Positions 1 to 9,881 of a DNA stretch of 64,000 nt are shown piece after piece (the first letter of the stretch is position 1; each line of letters starts with the position of its first letter). Position numbers and translations under genes: made by a program. Origin of the DNA: an uncultured Nitrospinaceae bacterium. GTDB taxonomy: Bacteria > UBA8248. The DNA lies in NCBI GenBank assembly GCA_964005815.1, contig CAXFSR010000043.1:99307-163306 (forward strand). The letters are read 5' to 3'. The notes below the pieces were generated by a model. The model was not told where the DNA came from. It did not search any database and saw only the letters and a list, made by a program, of their open reading frames with translations.

Positions 1-796
1 GCCCTTCGTGCAATAAAGCAATCCCACCAGGAGGAACACAAACTTGGAAACATTCAAGCAATTGCTCCATAGAAGTTCCTAAACGAAGCGCTTTCTTCGA
101 ATGAAAATACAACTCTTCTCTAAAACCTCTGAAAGCAAACACTGCCATAACTATCAGTTCTCTTTGTATTGGAGTTAAAAACCCTTCTTTTTCTTCGAAG
201 AAACTCCAATGCATCCTAGAATAAATCTCAAAATAGTCTGGATCGAGTTCTACGCCAAATGCAATTGCTTCATCCACATACCCGTTTGCCTCCTCTATCG
301 TTTCAGTAACTCTTTTAATCTTTTCTTCTTTTGTCTCATTTTCTGGAACATTTCTAGCTACTTCTTCTGCATCAAATCTCCAAGGGCGTTTTTCACGAAC
401 CAAACTCGGGTCTTCATCTACTATCCTCTTCAAAGTCTCCAGTCCTACCATCCTAGAAGGCCCGCCCCCCGGGAAAAGAGCAACTTCAAAAACTTCCAAT
501 AGTTGATTAAGTGTAGCCCCCTCTTTCAATGCATTTTTTGCATGTACATAAACTCCTGGTCTATCCCGAAAAGAAAGTACTCCACATACAATCATTTCTC
601 TTGTCATATGATCTAAATGTCTTTTATTTTGAGGTGTGAAAAATCCCCATCCATTATATCTGTACGCTTCAAAATAATCTGGATCTAAAGAAGCACCGAA
701 GGAAAGCAAGTTATCGAAACCGGTTGTTCCATCTCTTTCTTTTCTGAAAATCTCTGCCACTCTCAATGCCTTTTCTTCATAACTTTCACTATTCAT
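1..796 (-). CDS. Carboxymuconolactone decarboxylase (CMD/AhpD-fold) family protein with two CMD domains; runs off the window start
   Basis: Not in ORF track. Manual translation from ATG at 796 (SD GAAAGGAAG upstream): MNSESYEEKALRVAE...HLDHMTREMIVCGVLSFRDRPGVYVHAKNALKEGAT...FPGGGPSR...FGVELDPDYFEIY...HSKKALRLG..EQLLECFQVCVPPGG. Colinear paralogue of the 834-1670 gene. Confidence 0.85.
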   Translation of the reverse strand, partial: MNSESYEEKALRVAEIFRKERDGTTGFDNLLSFGASLDPDYFEAYRYNGWGFFTPQNKRHLDHMTREMIVCGVLSFRDRPGVYVHAKNALKEGATLNQLLEVFEVALFPGGGPSRMVGLETLKRIVDEDPSLVREKRPWRFDAEEVARNVPENETKEEKIKRVTETIEEANGYVDEAIAFGVELDPDYFEIYSRMHWSFFEEKEGFLTPIQRELIVMAVFAFRGFREELYFHSKKALRLGTSMEQLLECFQVCVPPGGIALLHEG

Positions 797-833
797 TCCA
801 TCTTCCTTTCTTAAGATTCTAAAATCATTAAAC

Positions 834-1670
834 TTAGTCTTCGTTTTTCATTTCCTCGGAAATAATCCTCAATGTTCTCAAACCTTCATGCAATTGACCT
901 AGACCAGCAGGGGGAATACACACTTCATGACATTCCAAAAGTTGATGAATAGTAGCACCAAGTCTCAAAGCTTTCTTGGCATGCTGGTATGCTTCTTCCC
1001 TGAGACCTCTGAAAGTCATCACTACAAGAAGAACCATCTCCCTCACAATTGGATCCAAATGACATCTTTCTTGTTCAAAAAATCCCCAGTAGACCTTCGA
1101 ATAAACCTCAAAAAAATCTGGATCCAATTCAACACCAAACGATATATTTTCGTCTTCATATCCCATGTCTGAATGAATCTTCTTTGTAATTCTTTCAACT
1201 TTTTCTTCTCTTGATTCATTTGAAAAGTCTTCTTCTATTTCTGAATCACTTTTAGCCTCTCTTTCTATAGGAGCATGACCATCTTCCTCTTCAACTATCT
1301 TCCTTAAGCCTTCTAATCCTACCACCCTGGTTGGTCCACCACCCGGGAAAACTGCGACTGAAAAAACTTCCATAAGTTCATTAATTGTAGCGCCCTGCCT
1401 CAAGGCATTTTTTGCATGCTGATATGCCCCAGGTCTATCTCTAAATGCTAGGAGTGCACATACAATCATTTCTCTGGTCTTATGATCCAAATGTCTAGGC
1501 TTATCTGCAGAAAAAAACCCCCATCCTGAGGATCTATACAACTCTTCATATTCATAGTCCCATTCAATAGCAAAATTTACGAGACTTTTGTCTGGGGTTG
1601 CCTCATCCCAAACAGGGAGAATCTTTTCTTTAGCCCTTTGGACTTTTTCTTCTAATGTTTCTTTGTTCAT
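834..1670 (-). CDS. CMD/AhpD-fold family protein with two internal CMD domains
   Basis: Repeated LD-x-x-x-REM(I/V)...AYQHAK(N/K)ALR-x-GATI-x-(E/Q)L motifs typical of CMD. Start moved from 1697 to ATG 1670, which has a GGAG SD. Confidence 0.85.
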   Translation of the reverse strand: MNKETLEEKVQRAKEKILPVWDEATPDKSLVNFAIEWDYEYEELYRSSGWGFFSADKPRHLDHKTREMIVCALLAFRDRPGAYQHAKNALRQGATINELMEVFSVAVFPGGGPTRVVGLEGLRKIVEEEDGHAPIEREAKSDSEIEEDFSNESREEKVERITKKIHSDMGYEDENISFGVELDPDFFEVYSKVYWGFFEQERCHLDPIVREMVLLVVMTFRGLREEAYQHAKKALRLGATIHQLLECHEVCIPPAGLGQLHEGLRTLRIISEEMKNED

Positions 1671-1771
1671 CGAAATACTCCTTTGCAAGAAGAACAAAAC
1701 AATTCAATTTTCAGAACAAAATTTGATTTGAAAAAATTCCATCTCGAATACAGATGGAATAATATTGAAAA

Positions 1772-1806
1772 GTTAACCTGGGCAGTACAAAACTGCCCAG
1801 GTTAAC
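1772..1806 (-). terminator. Rho-independent terminator of the ABC transporter operon
   Basis: Perfect 15-bp stem GTTAACCTGGGCAGT / ACTGCCCAGGTTAAC with a 5-nt loop, followed on the minus strand by TTTT, about 40 nt after the SBP stop. Confidence 0.85.
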
Positions 1807-1848
1807 ACCACGAACAAATTAATTTTATAAAATTAAAACTTCACATTA

Positions 1849-2928
1849 CTACTTCTTTTTCTTCTTTTTCTTCTTCTTGTAAATACGAACTTTCATACCT
1901 TTCATAATCTTTCCAAATTTCTTAAGCATTTTTCTTTTGTTTTTAATAAAATTCTTCTGACTAAATCCAAGAAGATTTTCTGGAGCAGTAAGCTTTGGAT
2001 CTCTAGGGTGGTATGACTTAACATCTGTTCTCGTTGGAGGATATCCACCATCTTTTGTCATAAGCGCTTGCACTTTTGCAGAACTTTCCCAATCTATCCA
2101 TAATTTTGCAGCATTAGGATTTGGTGGATTTGCACAAATTGCTACAGGACTAGTCTTTTTCGAGATACCCTCTTTTGGATAGACAGGAGATACAGATTGT
2201 CCTTTTGCTTTTCTTCTTACAAGATCGTGTTCATTTGCTATGACTAGAACGTCTGCTTCACCATTGATTAAAGCAAGTGCTGCAGTAGAAGTAGCTTTCA
2301 ATAAAAGAGGTTTATTTTTTGCTAGTTCTTGAAAATATTCCCAACCAAAACGTTTCACCATTCCAGCCATCCACCACCTTGCTGGACCACTTTTCCTAGG
2401 ATCAACGATAGCCAGACGACCTTTCCATTTTGGGTCTAAGACATCTTTCCAACTTTTTGGTGCTTCAGAATCTTTAACATTCTTTGTATTGTATCCCATC
2501 GAACCAATTGTTGTTCTAGATGGAGTTATCCAACCTTCTGGATTTGCCAATCCTTTATGAAAAGAGGAAGTATTTCCAGTAACATACTTCTTCAACAAAC
2601 CTTCTTTCTGCCATCTTATAAAAACTGTAGGATCACCAGTAGAAACTATGTCACATTTAAGAGCACCAGCCATTTTTTCGGCGGTTACCATTCTTATAAT
2701 TCCACCAGTTCCTTTTCTGGTCCACTTAACTTTAATACCATATTTCTTCTCAAAACCTTTAACCAATTTTTTTAACACTCTACGGCTAAGGCTATGATAT
2801 AAAACAACCTTACCTTCTTTCTTTGCGTCTTGAATCAATTTTTCAGATGCGGCATTAACTTGATTCAATCCAAAACAACTGATTGAAAAAAGTAATGCAA
2901 ATGCTGCTAAAGACACTTTTTTAAACAT
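1849..2928 (-). CDS. ABC transporter substrate-binding protein (Fe3+/thiamine/polyamine FbpA-like cluster) with poly-Lys tail
   Basis: Signal peptide; AKKEGKVVLY, PKSWKDVLDPKWKG and PNPNAAKLWIDW motifs of the SBP_bac_6/8 families. Confidence 0.85.
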   Translation of the reverse strand: MFKKVSLAAFALLFSISCFGLNQVNAASEKLIQDAKKEGKVVLYHSLSRRVLKKLVKGFEKKYGIKVKWTRKGTGGIIRMVTAEKMAGALKCDIVSTGDPTVFIRWQKEGLLKKYVTGNTSSFHKGLANPEGWITPSRTTIGSMGYNTKNVKDSEAPKSWKDVLDPKWKGRLAIVDPRKSGPARWWMAGMVKRFGWEYFQELAKNKPLLLKATSTAALALINGEADVLVIANEHDLVRRKAKGQSVSPVYPKEGISKKTSPVAICANPPNPNAAKLWIDWESSAKVQALMTKDGGYPPTRTDVKSYHPRDPKLTAPENLLGFSQKNFIKNKRKMLKKFGKIMKGMKVRIYKKKKKKKKK

Positions 2929-2962
2929 TCTTATACCCCCTTAGTTTAAAAGAAAACAAAAT

Positions 2963-4039
2963 TTATTGTCTCAAACAAACACAATATTGTGGTGGAAATT
3001 CCATAGAAATTTCATCGCCGATTGAAACCGCACTATCAAAAGTAGTTTCAACAGAGATTTCTTTATCATTTATGCCAACCGTATAACGACTATATTTTCC
3101 ATAGTATTGTTTTTTCAAAACTTTCACATTAAAAGAGTTCACTGCTCCTGTTGATATATTATTGTGAAATTTCACCCATTCAGGACGAATACAAAAAGTA
3201 CCTTCTTTACCTTTAATATTTACTAATTGTTGTTGAACAGTAATAGGGCCAAGATCTGTTTTCATAACAACAGAATTATCAGTAGATTCTTCAATCACAT
3301 CTCCAGAGAAAATATTAGAAGTACCAATAAAACTTGCAGCAAATGTATTAACAGGTCTTTCATAAAGATCTTCAGGGGTTCCTTCCTGTACTTTTAATCC
3401 ATGATCCATGAGTACTATTCTATCTCCTAAAACCATAGCTTCTTCTTGATCGTGAGTTACATATATAAAAGTAATCCCTATCCTGTTATGGAGATCTGAC
3501 AGTTCTTCTCTCATCTCTACTCTCAAATTTGCATCCAAATTAGAGAGAGGTTCATCTAAAAGAAGAAGGGATGGATCAACAACAAAAGCTCTTGCTAGTG
3601 CCACACGCTGCTGCTGTCCACCCGACAGTTCAGTCGAATATCTATGTTCCAAGCCATCAAGTTGCACCATTGAAAGTGCGTTATGCACCCTCTCCGACAA
3701 CTCACTTTTTGGCACTTTTCGAACTTCCAATCCATATGCCACATTCTGAAAAACTGTCTTATGTGGCCAAATAGCATAAGACTGGAAAACCATAGACATT
3801 TCTCGTTTGTCTGGAGGAAGAATTTCGTGATTATCAGAAACAATCTTGTCTCCCAAACGAATCTGCCCCTGATCAGGCTTTAAAAATCCTGCAATAGTCT
3901 TAAGTAAAGTAGTTTTTCCACATCCACTAGGACCTAAAAGAACTACAGCCTCTCCATTTTTGATTTTTAGAGAGAAATTATTTAATGCTACTGTCTCTTC
4001 AAATTCCTTAGTCACGTTGTCAATAAATAGATCAGGCAA
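2963..4039 (-). CDS. ABC transporter ATP-binding protein (FbpC/PotA-like)
   Basis: Walker A GPSGCGKT, signature LSGGQQQR, Walker B LLLDEP, VTHDQEEA, C-terminal TOBE-like region; TTG start. Confidence 0.93.
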   Translation of the reverse strand: MPDLFIDNVTKEFEETVALNNFSLKIKNGEAVVLLGPSGCGKTTLLKTIAGFLKPDQGQIRLGDKIVSDNHEILPPDKREMSMVFQSYAIWPHKTVFQNVAYGLEVRKVPKSELSERVHNALSMVQLDGLEHRYSTELSGGQQQRVALARAFVVDPSLLLLDEPLSNLDANLRVEMREELSDLHNRIGITFIYVTHDQEEAMVLGDRIVLMDHGLKVQEGTPEDLYERPVNTFAASFIGTSNIFSGDVIEESTDNSVVMKTDLGPITVQQQLVNIKGKEGTFCIRPEWVKFHNNISTGAVNSFNVKVLKKQYYGKYSRYTVGINDKEISVETTFDSAVSIGDEISMEFPPQYCVCLRQ

Positions 4040-4047
4040 TTGTCACC

Positions 4048-5757
4048 TCACATTTCGAATGCACCCTTTCCAACTAATTTTTTGGAAAGAGCAACAAGAG
4101 TCAAATTAATACACATCACTATAAAAGTAAGAGCGCCTAATGTTCCCATTTCAGCCTCTTCTACAAACTCGAAGATCAAAATTGAAATAACTTCCAAACC
4201 GCCAGTATAGAGCATTATTGAAGTTGCCATATCACGAAATTTCATACAGAAAATGATAGTCCCTACAGAAAAAAGACCCTTCTTCATAAGCGGCAATGTA
4301 ATATCTTTCATTGTCTTCAACCAACCAGCACCTAAAACACGCGAAGAATGCTCTAACTCTTCATGAATCTGCTTTAGAGAAGATCTGGCAAACATAAAAG
4401 CAATTGGTGTACCTTTCACGAAATATCCAACTAGGAACAACCATAATGTTCCGTATAGGAAAAAAGGCTTGCCCGCAAAAGCAATAACTAACGCTACTCC
4501 TAGAGCAACACCCGGGAAAGACATTCCGATCATAGAGAGCAAAGAAAGAAACTCTCTTCCAGGAACTGTAGTTCTCTCAATTATCCAAGCCATAACGAAA
4601 GTAAATGCAATACATACAAATGCAGCGCCAATGGCTAATATAAAACTGTTCAAGAAAGCTCTAACTACAATGTCTCTGTTAGATGTGAATAGATCAAGAT
4701 AATTATCTAACGTAAGATTGTCAAAAGTAGGAAAATTGCCCCATACTTTTACGATAGATGCCTGAAATAGAGCTAGAGTAGGCATTCCGATACTTACAAA
4801 AACCACAATTAAAGAAAAAGCAGATAAAACATATTTCCATTTCCCTATTTCAATTAATTCTGGCTGCGGGGATTTTCCAGTAACAGTAATAAACTGTCTT
4901 TTTCCTAAATATGAACGTTGAAAAATTAATAATATAGCAGTGACAATTACTATCGGTGTTGCAGCGGTTGCAGCCATATGAAATTGTGGAGGATCGTCAG
5001 AAAATAGATTGTATACCTGAGTAGAAAGAGTATGTATATAAGCAGGATTCCCAACTATTGCCGGAGCTCCAAACACGACAAAGCTTTCTAAGATAACCAG
5101 AATCAAACCAGACAAGATAGCTGGAGTTACAATAGGAAGAGTAACTGTAAGTATAACTCTTAAAGTGCTCGAACCTAAAATTTTTGCAGATTGTTCGTAA
5201 TTAGGATCCATATTATCTAAAGCTGAAACAACAGAAAAAAACATGAAAGGATATACAAACAAGCCCATCACAAAAGCCATACCTCCAAAACTGAAAATAT
5301 TAAACAAAGGTTCTTCAAGACCAAATAATCCCATTGTGATTTGGTTCACAATTCCAGCACGTGGACCTAACAAGACTATCCAACCTATTGCACCTAAAAA
5401 ACTGGGAGTGGCAAATGTGAGAACAACCATAGAACGACATGTTTGCCTAAACGGCATATCCGTTCTAGAAACGCCCCAAGCCATTGGCAAAGCAACAAGA
5501 AGTGAGAAAATAGAAGTTGCAAAGGCAAGTTTTAAGGTGTTCCAAAATGCAGAATATAATTCCGGATCAGTATAAAATGTAAAATAATTCTGTAAAGTCC
5601 ATGCATTAGCAGTGTAATCATATAAACTTCTCTTAAAGAGTATCCCTAGTGGGTACAGAACAAAGAAACCAAGAATTACTGCAGCGGAAACAAAAATCAG
5701 GGTCCTGATTTTTTCGTGTTTTAAGTTTTTCATTGACTTGATAAAATCTGACCGCAC
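4048..5757 (-). CDS. ABC transporter permease, duplicated domain (FbpB/ThiP-like)
   Basis: 569 aa polytopic protein with two EAA-like loops (YEQSAKILGSS, LEHSSRVLGAG); GTG start. Confidence 0.92.
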   Translation of the reverse strand: MRSDFIKSMKNLKHEKIRTLIFVSAAVILGFFVLYPLGILFKRSLYDYTANAWTLQNYFTFYTDPELYSAFWNTLKLAFATSIFSLLVALPMAWGVSRTDMPFRQTCRSMVVLTFATPSFLGAIGWIVLLGPRAGIVNQITMGLFGLEEPLFNIFSFGGMAFVMGLFVYPFMFFSVVSALDNMDPNYEQSAKILGSSTLRVILTVTLPIVTPAILSGLILVILESFVVFGAPAIVGNPAYIHTLSTQVYNLFSDDPPQFHMAATAATPIVIVTAILLIFQRSYLGKRQFITVTGKSPQPELIEIGKWKYVLSAFSLIVVFVSIGMPTLALFQASIVKVWGNFPTFDNLTLDNYLDLFTSNRDIVVRAFLNSFILAIGAAFVCIAFTFVMAWIIERTTVPGREFLSLLSMIGMSFPGVALGVALVIAFAGKPFFLYGTLWLFLVGYFVKGTPIAFMFARSSLKQIHEELEHSSRVLGAGWLKTMKDITLPLMKKGLFSVGTIIFCMKFRDMATSIMLYTGGLEVISILIFEFVEEAEMGTLGALTFIVMCINLTLVALSKKLVGKGAFEM

Positions 5758-5985
5758 GACACCTTATCCTGACACTTTTTTTAGGAACGTTCTTTTTTAA
5801 AAAAAAATGCATGCAATTAATTGTATTGAAAATATGACCTGATTGTAATATCTTCAATTTTTGAAAACAACGATACATTTTATTTTTTATGACAACTAGC
5901 AAAACATTCGTTAATTAGATATGTTTTTTGTTCTCAAAATATATATTCATCACAAAACTGACAACACATATCAAGGTTCAATGGA

Positions 5986-6756
5986 GTGCATATGACCGAA
6001 AAAAAATTAGAAAGTAAAAAAGCAATTGTAACTGGGTCATCTTCTGGTATGGGGGCAGAGATCGCTGCTCGATTTGCAGCCGAAGGTGCTGATGTTTGGG
6101 CAGTTGGAGGAGGAAATCAAGAAGCATTAAATGAAACAATAAATCGATGCACTGCATCAGGAGTTCGTTCAGACGGGAAAGGTTATGATTTCTCTAAGTC
6201 GGAACAGGGCGGTATTGCAGTCAAGGACGGTGTAAAATTTCTTGGAGGTTTGGACATTCTTGTTAATTGTGCAGGAACGAGAAATTTCAAGCCTATTCTT
6301 GAAGTAACCGATGAAGAAATTCACACTATGTTTGAAGTGAACACAAAGTCTTTCTATTTTAGTTCAAGGGAAGCTGTAAAGACAATGTCACAACAAAAGA
6401 GTGGAGATATTCTCATGATGGGTTCCATCTCTGGACATCGAGCAAGACCAGAAAGAACCTTATACTGTGGCACAAAAGCTGCTGTTGAACTTTTAACACA
6501 ATCTTTAGCAATGGAATTAGGACCTCTAGGAATACGTGTGAATTGTTTAGCACCCGGACTTGTTTCAAGTGGTCGAGTAAAAACAAAGATTCAAGAAGAG
6601 AAAGATTATGCTGACAGAAGAATTAAAGGGATCCCTCTTGGACGATTCGGCGATCCTGTGAATATTGCAGCTACCGCTGTGTTTTTAGTTTCTCCAGAAA
6701 ATGAATTCATGAGTGGATCAATCGTTTCAGTAGACGGCGCATCAATGACTGGATAA
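5986..6756 (+). CDS. Short-chain dehydrogenase/reductase (SDR)
   Basis: TGSSSGMG, NCAG and YCGTK catalytic motifs. Confidence 0.92.
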   Translation: MHMTEKKLESKKAIVTGSSSGMGAEIAARFAAEGADVWAVGGGNQEALNETINRCTASGVRSDGKGYDFSKSEQGGIAVKDGVKFLGGLDILVNCAGTRNFKPILEVTDEEIHTMFEVNTKSFYFSSREAVKTMSQQKSGDILMMGSISGHRARPERTLYCGTKAAVELLTQSLAMELGPLGIRVNCLAPGLVSSGRVKTKIQEEKDYADRRIKGIPLGRFGDPVNIAATAVFLVSPENEFMSGSIVSVDGASMTG

Positions 6757-6792
6757 TTTAAAAAATATTTTTATTTCTTATGGGGCTAGATT

Positions 6793-8535
6793 ATGGAAAA
6801 CTACAAAAGTGAGATTCAAGACGGAATGCAAATAGATTGGGATGTTCCAATCGAAATGGACGATGGAGTTGTCTTACGATGCGATGTATATCGTCCCGTT
6901 GGAGAAGGAAAATATCCTGTTGTAATGAGTTATGGCCCCTATGCTAAATGGCTTCACTTAAAAGATGGCTATCCAAATCAATGGAAAGTTTTAACCGAAA
7001 AGTTCCCTGAATCTTTAGCTGGTTCTTCCTGCAAATATATGAATTGGGAACTAGTGGACCCAGAAAGATGGGTTCCCGATGGATACGCAATAGTTCGAGT
7101 TGATTCTAGAGGAGCTGGACGATCACCAGGCTATATGGAGGTTTGGTCACCAAGAGAAACTAAAGATTTTCATGATTGTATAGAGTGGGCAGGAACGCAG
7201 GACTGGAGCAACGGAAAAGTTGGATTAAATGGAATAAGTTATTTTGGAATGAATCAATGGTTTGTGGCTTCTACACAACCATCACACCTAGCCGCTATAT
7301 GCGTTTGGGAAGGTGCGGCGGATCTTTATCGTGATTTAAGTCACCACGGCGGCATACTCTGTCTCTTCGCAAATACTTGGTATACAGACACGGTTATGCT
7401 GAGACAGCATGGAAAAGGAAATCGAGACTGGAGAAGCAGGATTAACGGTGAATGGGTTTCTGGTCCTGATACTCTTCCAGAAGAGACATTAGCTGGTAAT
7501 CGAACAAATTTTGGTCAAGATTTATTAGATCACCCTTTGATCGACGATTATTGGAAAGAACGTATGCCAGATTATTCTAAAATCAATGTTCCTCTTTTAT
7601 CCGCAGGAAATTGGGGTGGAGTTGGACTCCATCCTAGAGGCAACTTTGAAGGATATCTTGAGTCTGCATCTGATCAAAAATGGCTTGAAGTTCATGGGTT
7701 AGATCATTTCACTCACTTCTATACCGATTACGGAGTAAACTTACAGAAAAAATTCTTTGGACATTTCCTTAAAGAAGAAAAAACAGGATGGAATGAGCAA
7801 CCAAAGGTTTCTCTTCACATTAGACATCCTGGCGAAAAATTTATTATTAGATCAGAAAACGAATGGCCCTTAGAAAGAACAGAATGGACTAAATATTACT
7901 TAAAAAGTTCAAATACCACACTTTCAGTAGGACAAGCAGAAGAGGAATCTGAGCTAGAATATGAAGCTTTAGGAGATGGCCTGACGTTCATGACAGATGT
8001 ACTTCAAGAGGATACTGAAATTACAGGACCCGTAGCAAGCAAATTATTTATATCTTCAGAGACAGAGGATGCAGATCTTTTTCTTATCCTAAGAATCTTT
8101 ACAGCGGATATGAAAGAAATTACTTTTCAAGGTTCAAATGATCCTAACACTCCAGTTGGTATGGGTTGGTTAAGAGCATCTCACAGAAAATTAGATACTG
8201 AGAAAAGCGAGATCTATCGTCCTTACCACACTCACGATGAAAAACAGTTACTCACTCCAGGAGACATCTACGAACTGGATATAGAAATATGGCCAACTTC
8301 TATTGTAGTTCCAAAAGGACACAGAGTAGGCTTAAGTGTAAGAGGAAGAGACTATGTACACCCTGGTTTTGAGCAACCAGAAATGCCTGTCTCTGGAAGA
8401 ATTTACTCTGGAGTAGGACCATTCAAACATGACAATAAAGTGGATAGACCGGCCGAGATATTCGGGAAAAAAGTAAAGATTCATACTGGTCCGAATCACC
8501 CTTCGTACATTTTACTACCGATCATTCCAAACTAA
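6793..8535 (+). CDS. CocE/NonD family hydrolase (peptidase S15-like)
   Basis: GISYFG nucleophile elbow, DSRGAGRSPG, W(A)GTQDWSNGKVG, C-terminal jelly-roll with GWLRASHR. Confidence 0.92.
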   Translation: MENYKSEIQDGMQIDWDVPIEMDDGVVLRCDVYRPVGEGKYPVVMSYGPYAKWLHLKDGYPNQWKVLTEKFPESLAGSSCKYMNWELVDPERWVPDGYAIVRVDSRGAGRSPGYMEVWSPRETKDFHDCIEWAGTQDWSNGKVGLNGISYFGMNQWFVASTQPSHLAAICVWEGAADLYRDLSHHGGILCLFANTWYTDTVMLRQHGKGNRDWRSRINGEWVSGPDTLPEETLAGNRTNFGQDLLDHPLIDDYWKERMPDYSKINVPLLSAGNWGGVGLHPRGNFEGYLESASDQKWLEVHGLDHFTHFYTDYGVNLQKKFFGHFLKEEKTGWNEQPKVSLHIRHPGEKFIIRSENEWPLERTEWTKYYLKSSNTTLSVGQAEEESELEYEALGDGLTFMTDVLQEDTEITGPVASKLFISSETEDADLFLILRIFTADMKEITFQGSNDPNTPVGMGWLRASHRKLDTEKSEIYRPYHTHDEKQLLTPGDIYELDIEIWPTSIVVPKGHRVGLSVRGRDYVHPGFEQPEMPVSGRIYSGVGPFKHDNKVDRPAEIFGKKVKIHTGPNHPSYILLPIIPN

Positions 8536-8576
8536 AAAAATCCGATGTCGAGATTCAACAAGATCTCGACATCGGA
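8534..8576 (-). terminator. Rho-independent terminator between convergent CocE and M20 genes
   Basis: 14-bp perfect stem TCCGATGTCGAGAT / ATCTCGACATCGGA, flanked by an A-tract on the plus strand (U-tract for the minus-strand transcript). Confidence 0.85.
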
Positions 8577-8578
8577 AA

Positions 8579-9865
8579 CTACAACACAAAATCTTCTCTT
8601 TCCTTAGAACATACATTCAAAATAAGACTCACATATACTCGAGTACAATCATACAAATCTTGGATGCTCACGTGTTCTCCCGCATTAGGGTCCCATCTAC
8701 TATCAGAAGTTGTTCGAAGTCTCCCAGCAGGTCCATAGTTCACTGTAGGGACGCCAAAACGGTTTAAATATGTTGCATCTGAAATGTAAGCTTCAGATAT
8801 TACTTCAGGCTTCTCTCCAAAAACATCCTCGTGAGACTTCATGACTACTTTGGAAACTGGAGATTCCACATCAATCTCTGTCCCAGGAACTGTCATAATT
8901 GTTTCAAGATGAGGATTTATTCCATCAACATCTTTAGACACCTGCTCTAAAACTTCTGCTATCTCTGATTTCACTTCCATCATACTTACATTAGGTGGAA
9001 CTCTAGTATCTATATATAAAGTACAAAAAACTGGGGTTCTGCTACACCTGTATGGCCAACCACCTTCTATAGCAGAAAGATTTAAATTTGCTGGATACCC
9101 TTTATATTTTCTACGTTCACGATAATCCTTACCCCAACTTTCAAGTGCCGTAATAATTTTTGTCATTTGAGAAATCGTATTCGGATAATCATGACTATAA
9201 CTTGTGTGAGAAGGAGGTCCAGTCAAAGTGATTTTTGACCACATATACCCTAAATGTCCGGGTAAGAGGGATAATCCCGTAGGTTCTCCAATTACAGCAA
9301 CATCTGCAATACCACCATGAGTAACATAATAACTTGTCCCAAAACCACCACCGCGAAAAGAAGATCCTTGATATTTATCAACTGGTCCTCTCTCAATTTC
9401 ACCAACAACTGCTGCAAACTTCACATCTCCCCGTAGTTCAACTTCAGATTTTTTTACTGCTTCCATAGCAGCGATATAACATGCCAAGGCTCCCTTCATA
9501 TTATAAATTCCTAGACCATAAATCCAGCCATCTTCTTCATAGGCTTTTGGCTGAAATGCCTTTACTTTAGGCAAAAATTGTTCTTTCCCAGAATAAGAAG
9601 TATCCATATGACCATTAAATAATAATGAAGCACCCTTACCCTTTCCTCTTAGTGTAGCTATACAATTTGAACGTCTAGGTTCAACTTCTTGCAAAAAAGG
9701 ATCAAATCCAATTTTGTCAAGATAATCATTTAAATAAAGAGAGCATTCCTCTTCTTCTCCTGTAGCACTTGGAATATTAACGAGATCCTTAGCTAGGGAA
9801 ACCATTTTCTCTTTGTCAATAAAACTCCAAACTTTACTATGAGATTCTGAAGTTCCATAGTCCAT
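8579..9865 (-). CDS. M20 family metallo-amidohydrolase (ArgE/DapE-like)
   Basis: LLFNGHMDT, G-x-YNMKG, IGEPT, SDA...FGVPTVNYGP motifs. Confidence 0.88.
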   Translation of the reverse strand: MDYGTSESHSKVWSFIDKEKMVSLAKDLVNIPSATGEEEECSLYLNDYLDKIGFDPFLQEVEPRRSNCIATLRGKGKGASLLFNGHMDTSYSGKEQFLPKVKAFQPKAYEEDGWIYGLGIYNMKGALACYIAAMEAVKKSEVELRGDVKFAAVVGEIERGPVDKYQGSSFRGGGFGTSYYVTHGGIADVAVIGEPTGLSLLPGHLGYMWSKITLTGPPSHTSYSHDYPNTISQMTKIITALESWGKDYRERRKYKGYPANLNLSAIEGGWPYRCSRTPVFCTLYIDTRVPPNVSMMEVKSEIAEVLEQVSKDVDGINPHLETIMTVPGTEIDVESPVSKVVMKSHEDVFGEKPEVISEAYISDATYLNRFGVPTVNYGPAGRLRTTSDSRWDPNAGEHVSIQDLYDCTRVYVSLILNVCSKEREDFVL

Positions 9866-9881
9866 TTATTTCCTCCCTTTT

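Noticed and set aside
209-502. 97-aa plus-strand ORF in the track
   Set aside because: Antisense shadow of the real minus-strand CMD gene (1-796).
1736-1760. Small 9-bp hairpin ATTCCATCT/AGATGGAAT
   Set aside because: Could be a secondary terminator or operator, but the stronger 15-bp hairpin at 1772-1806 explains termination and the evidence is insufficient.
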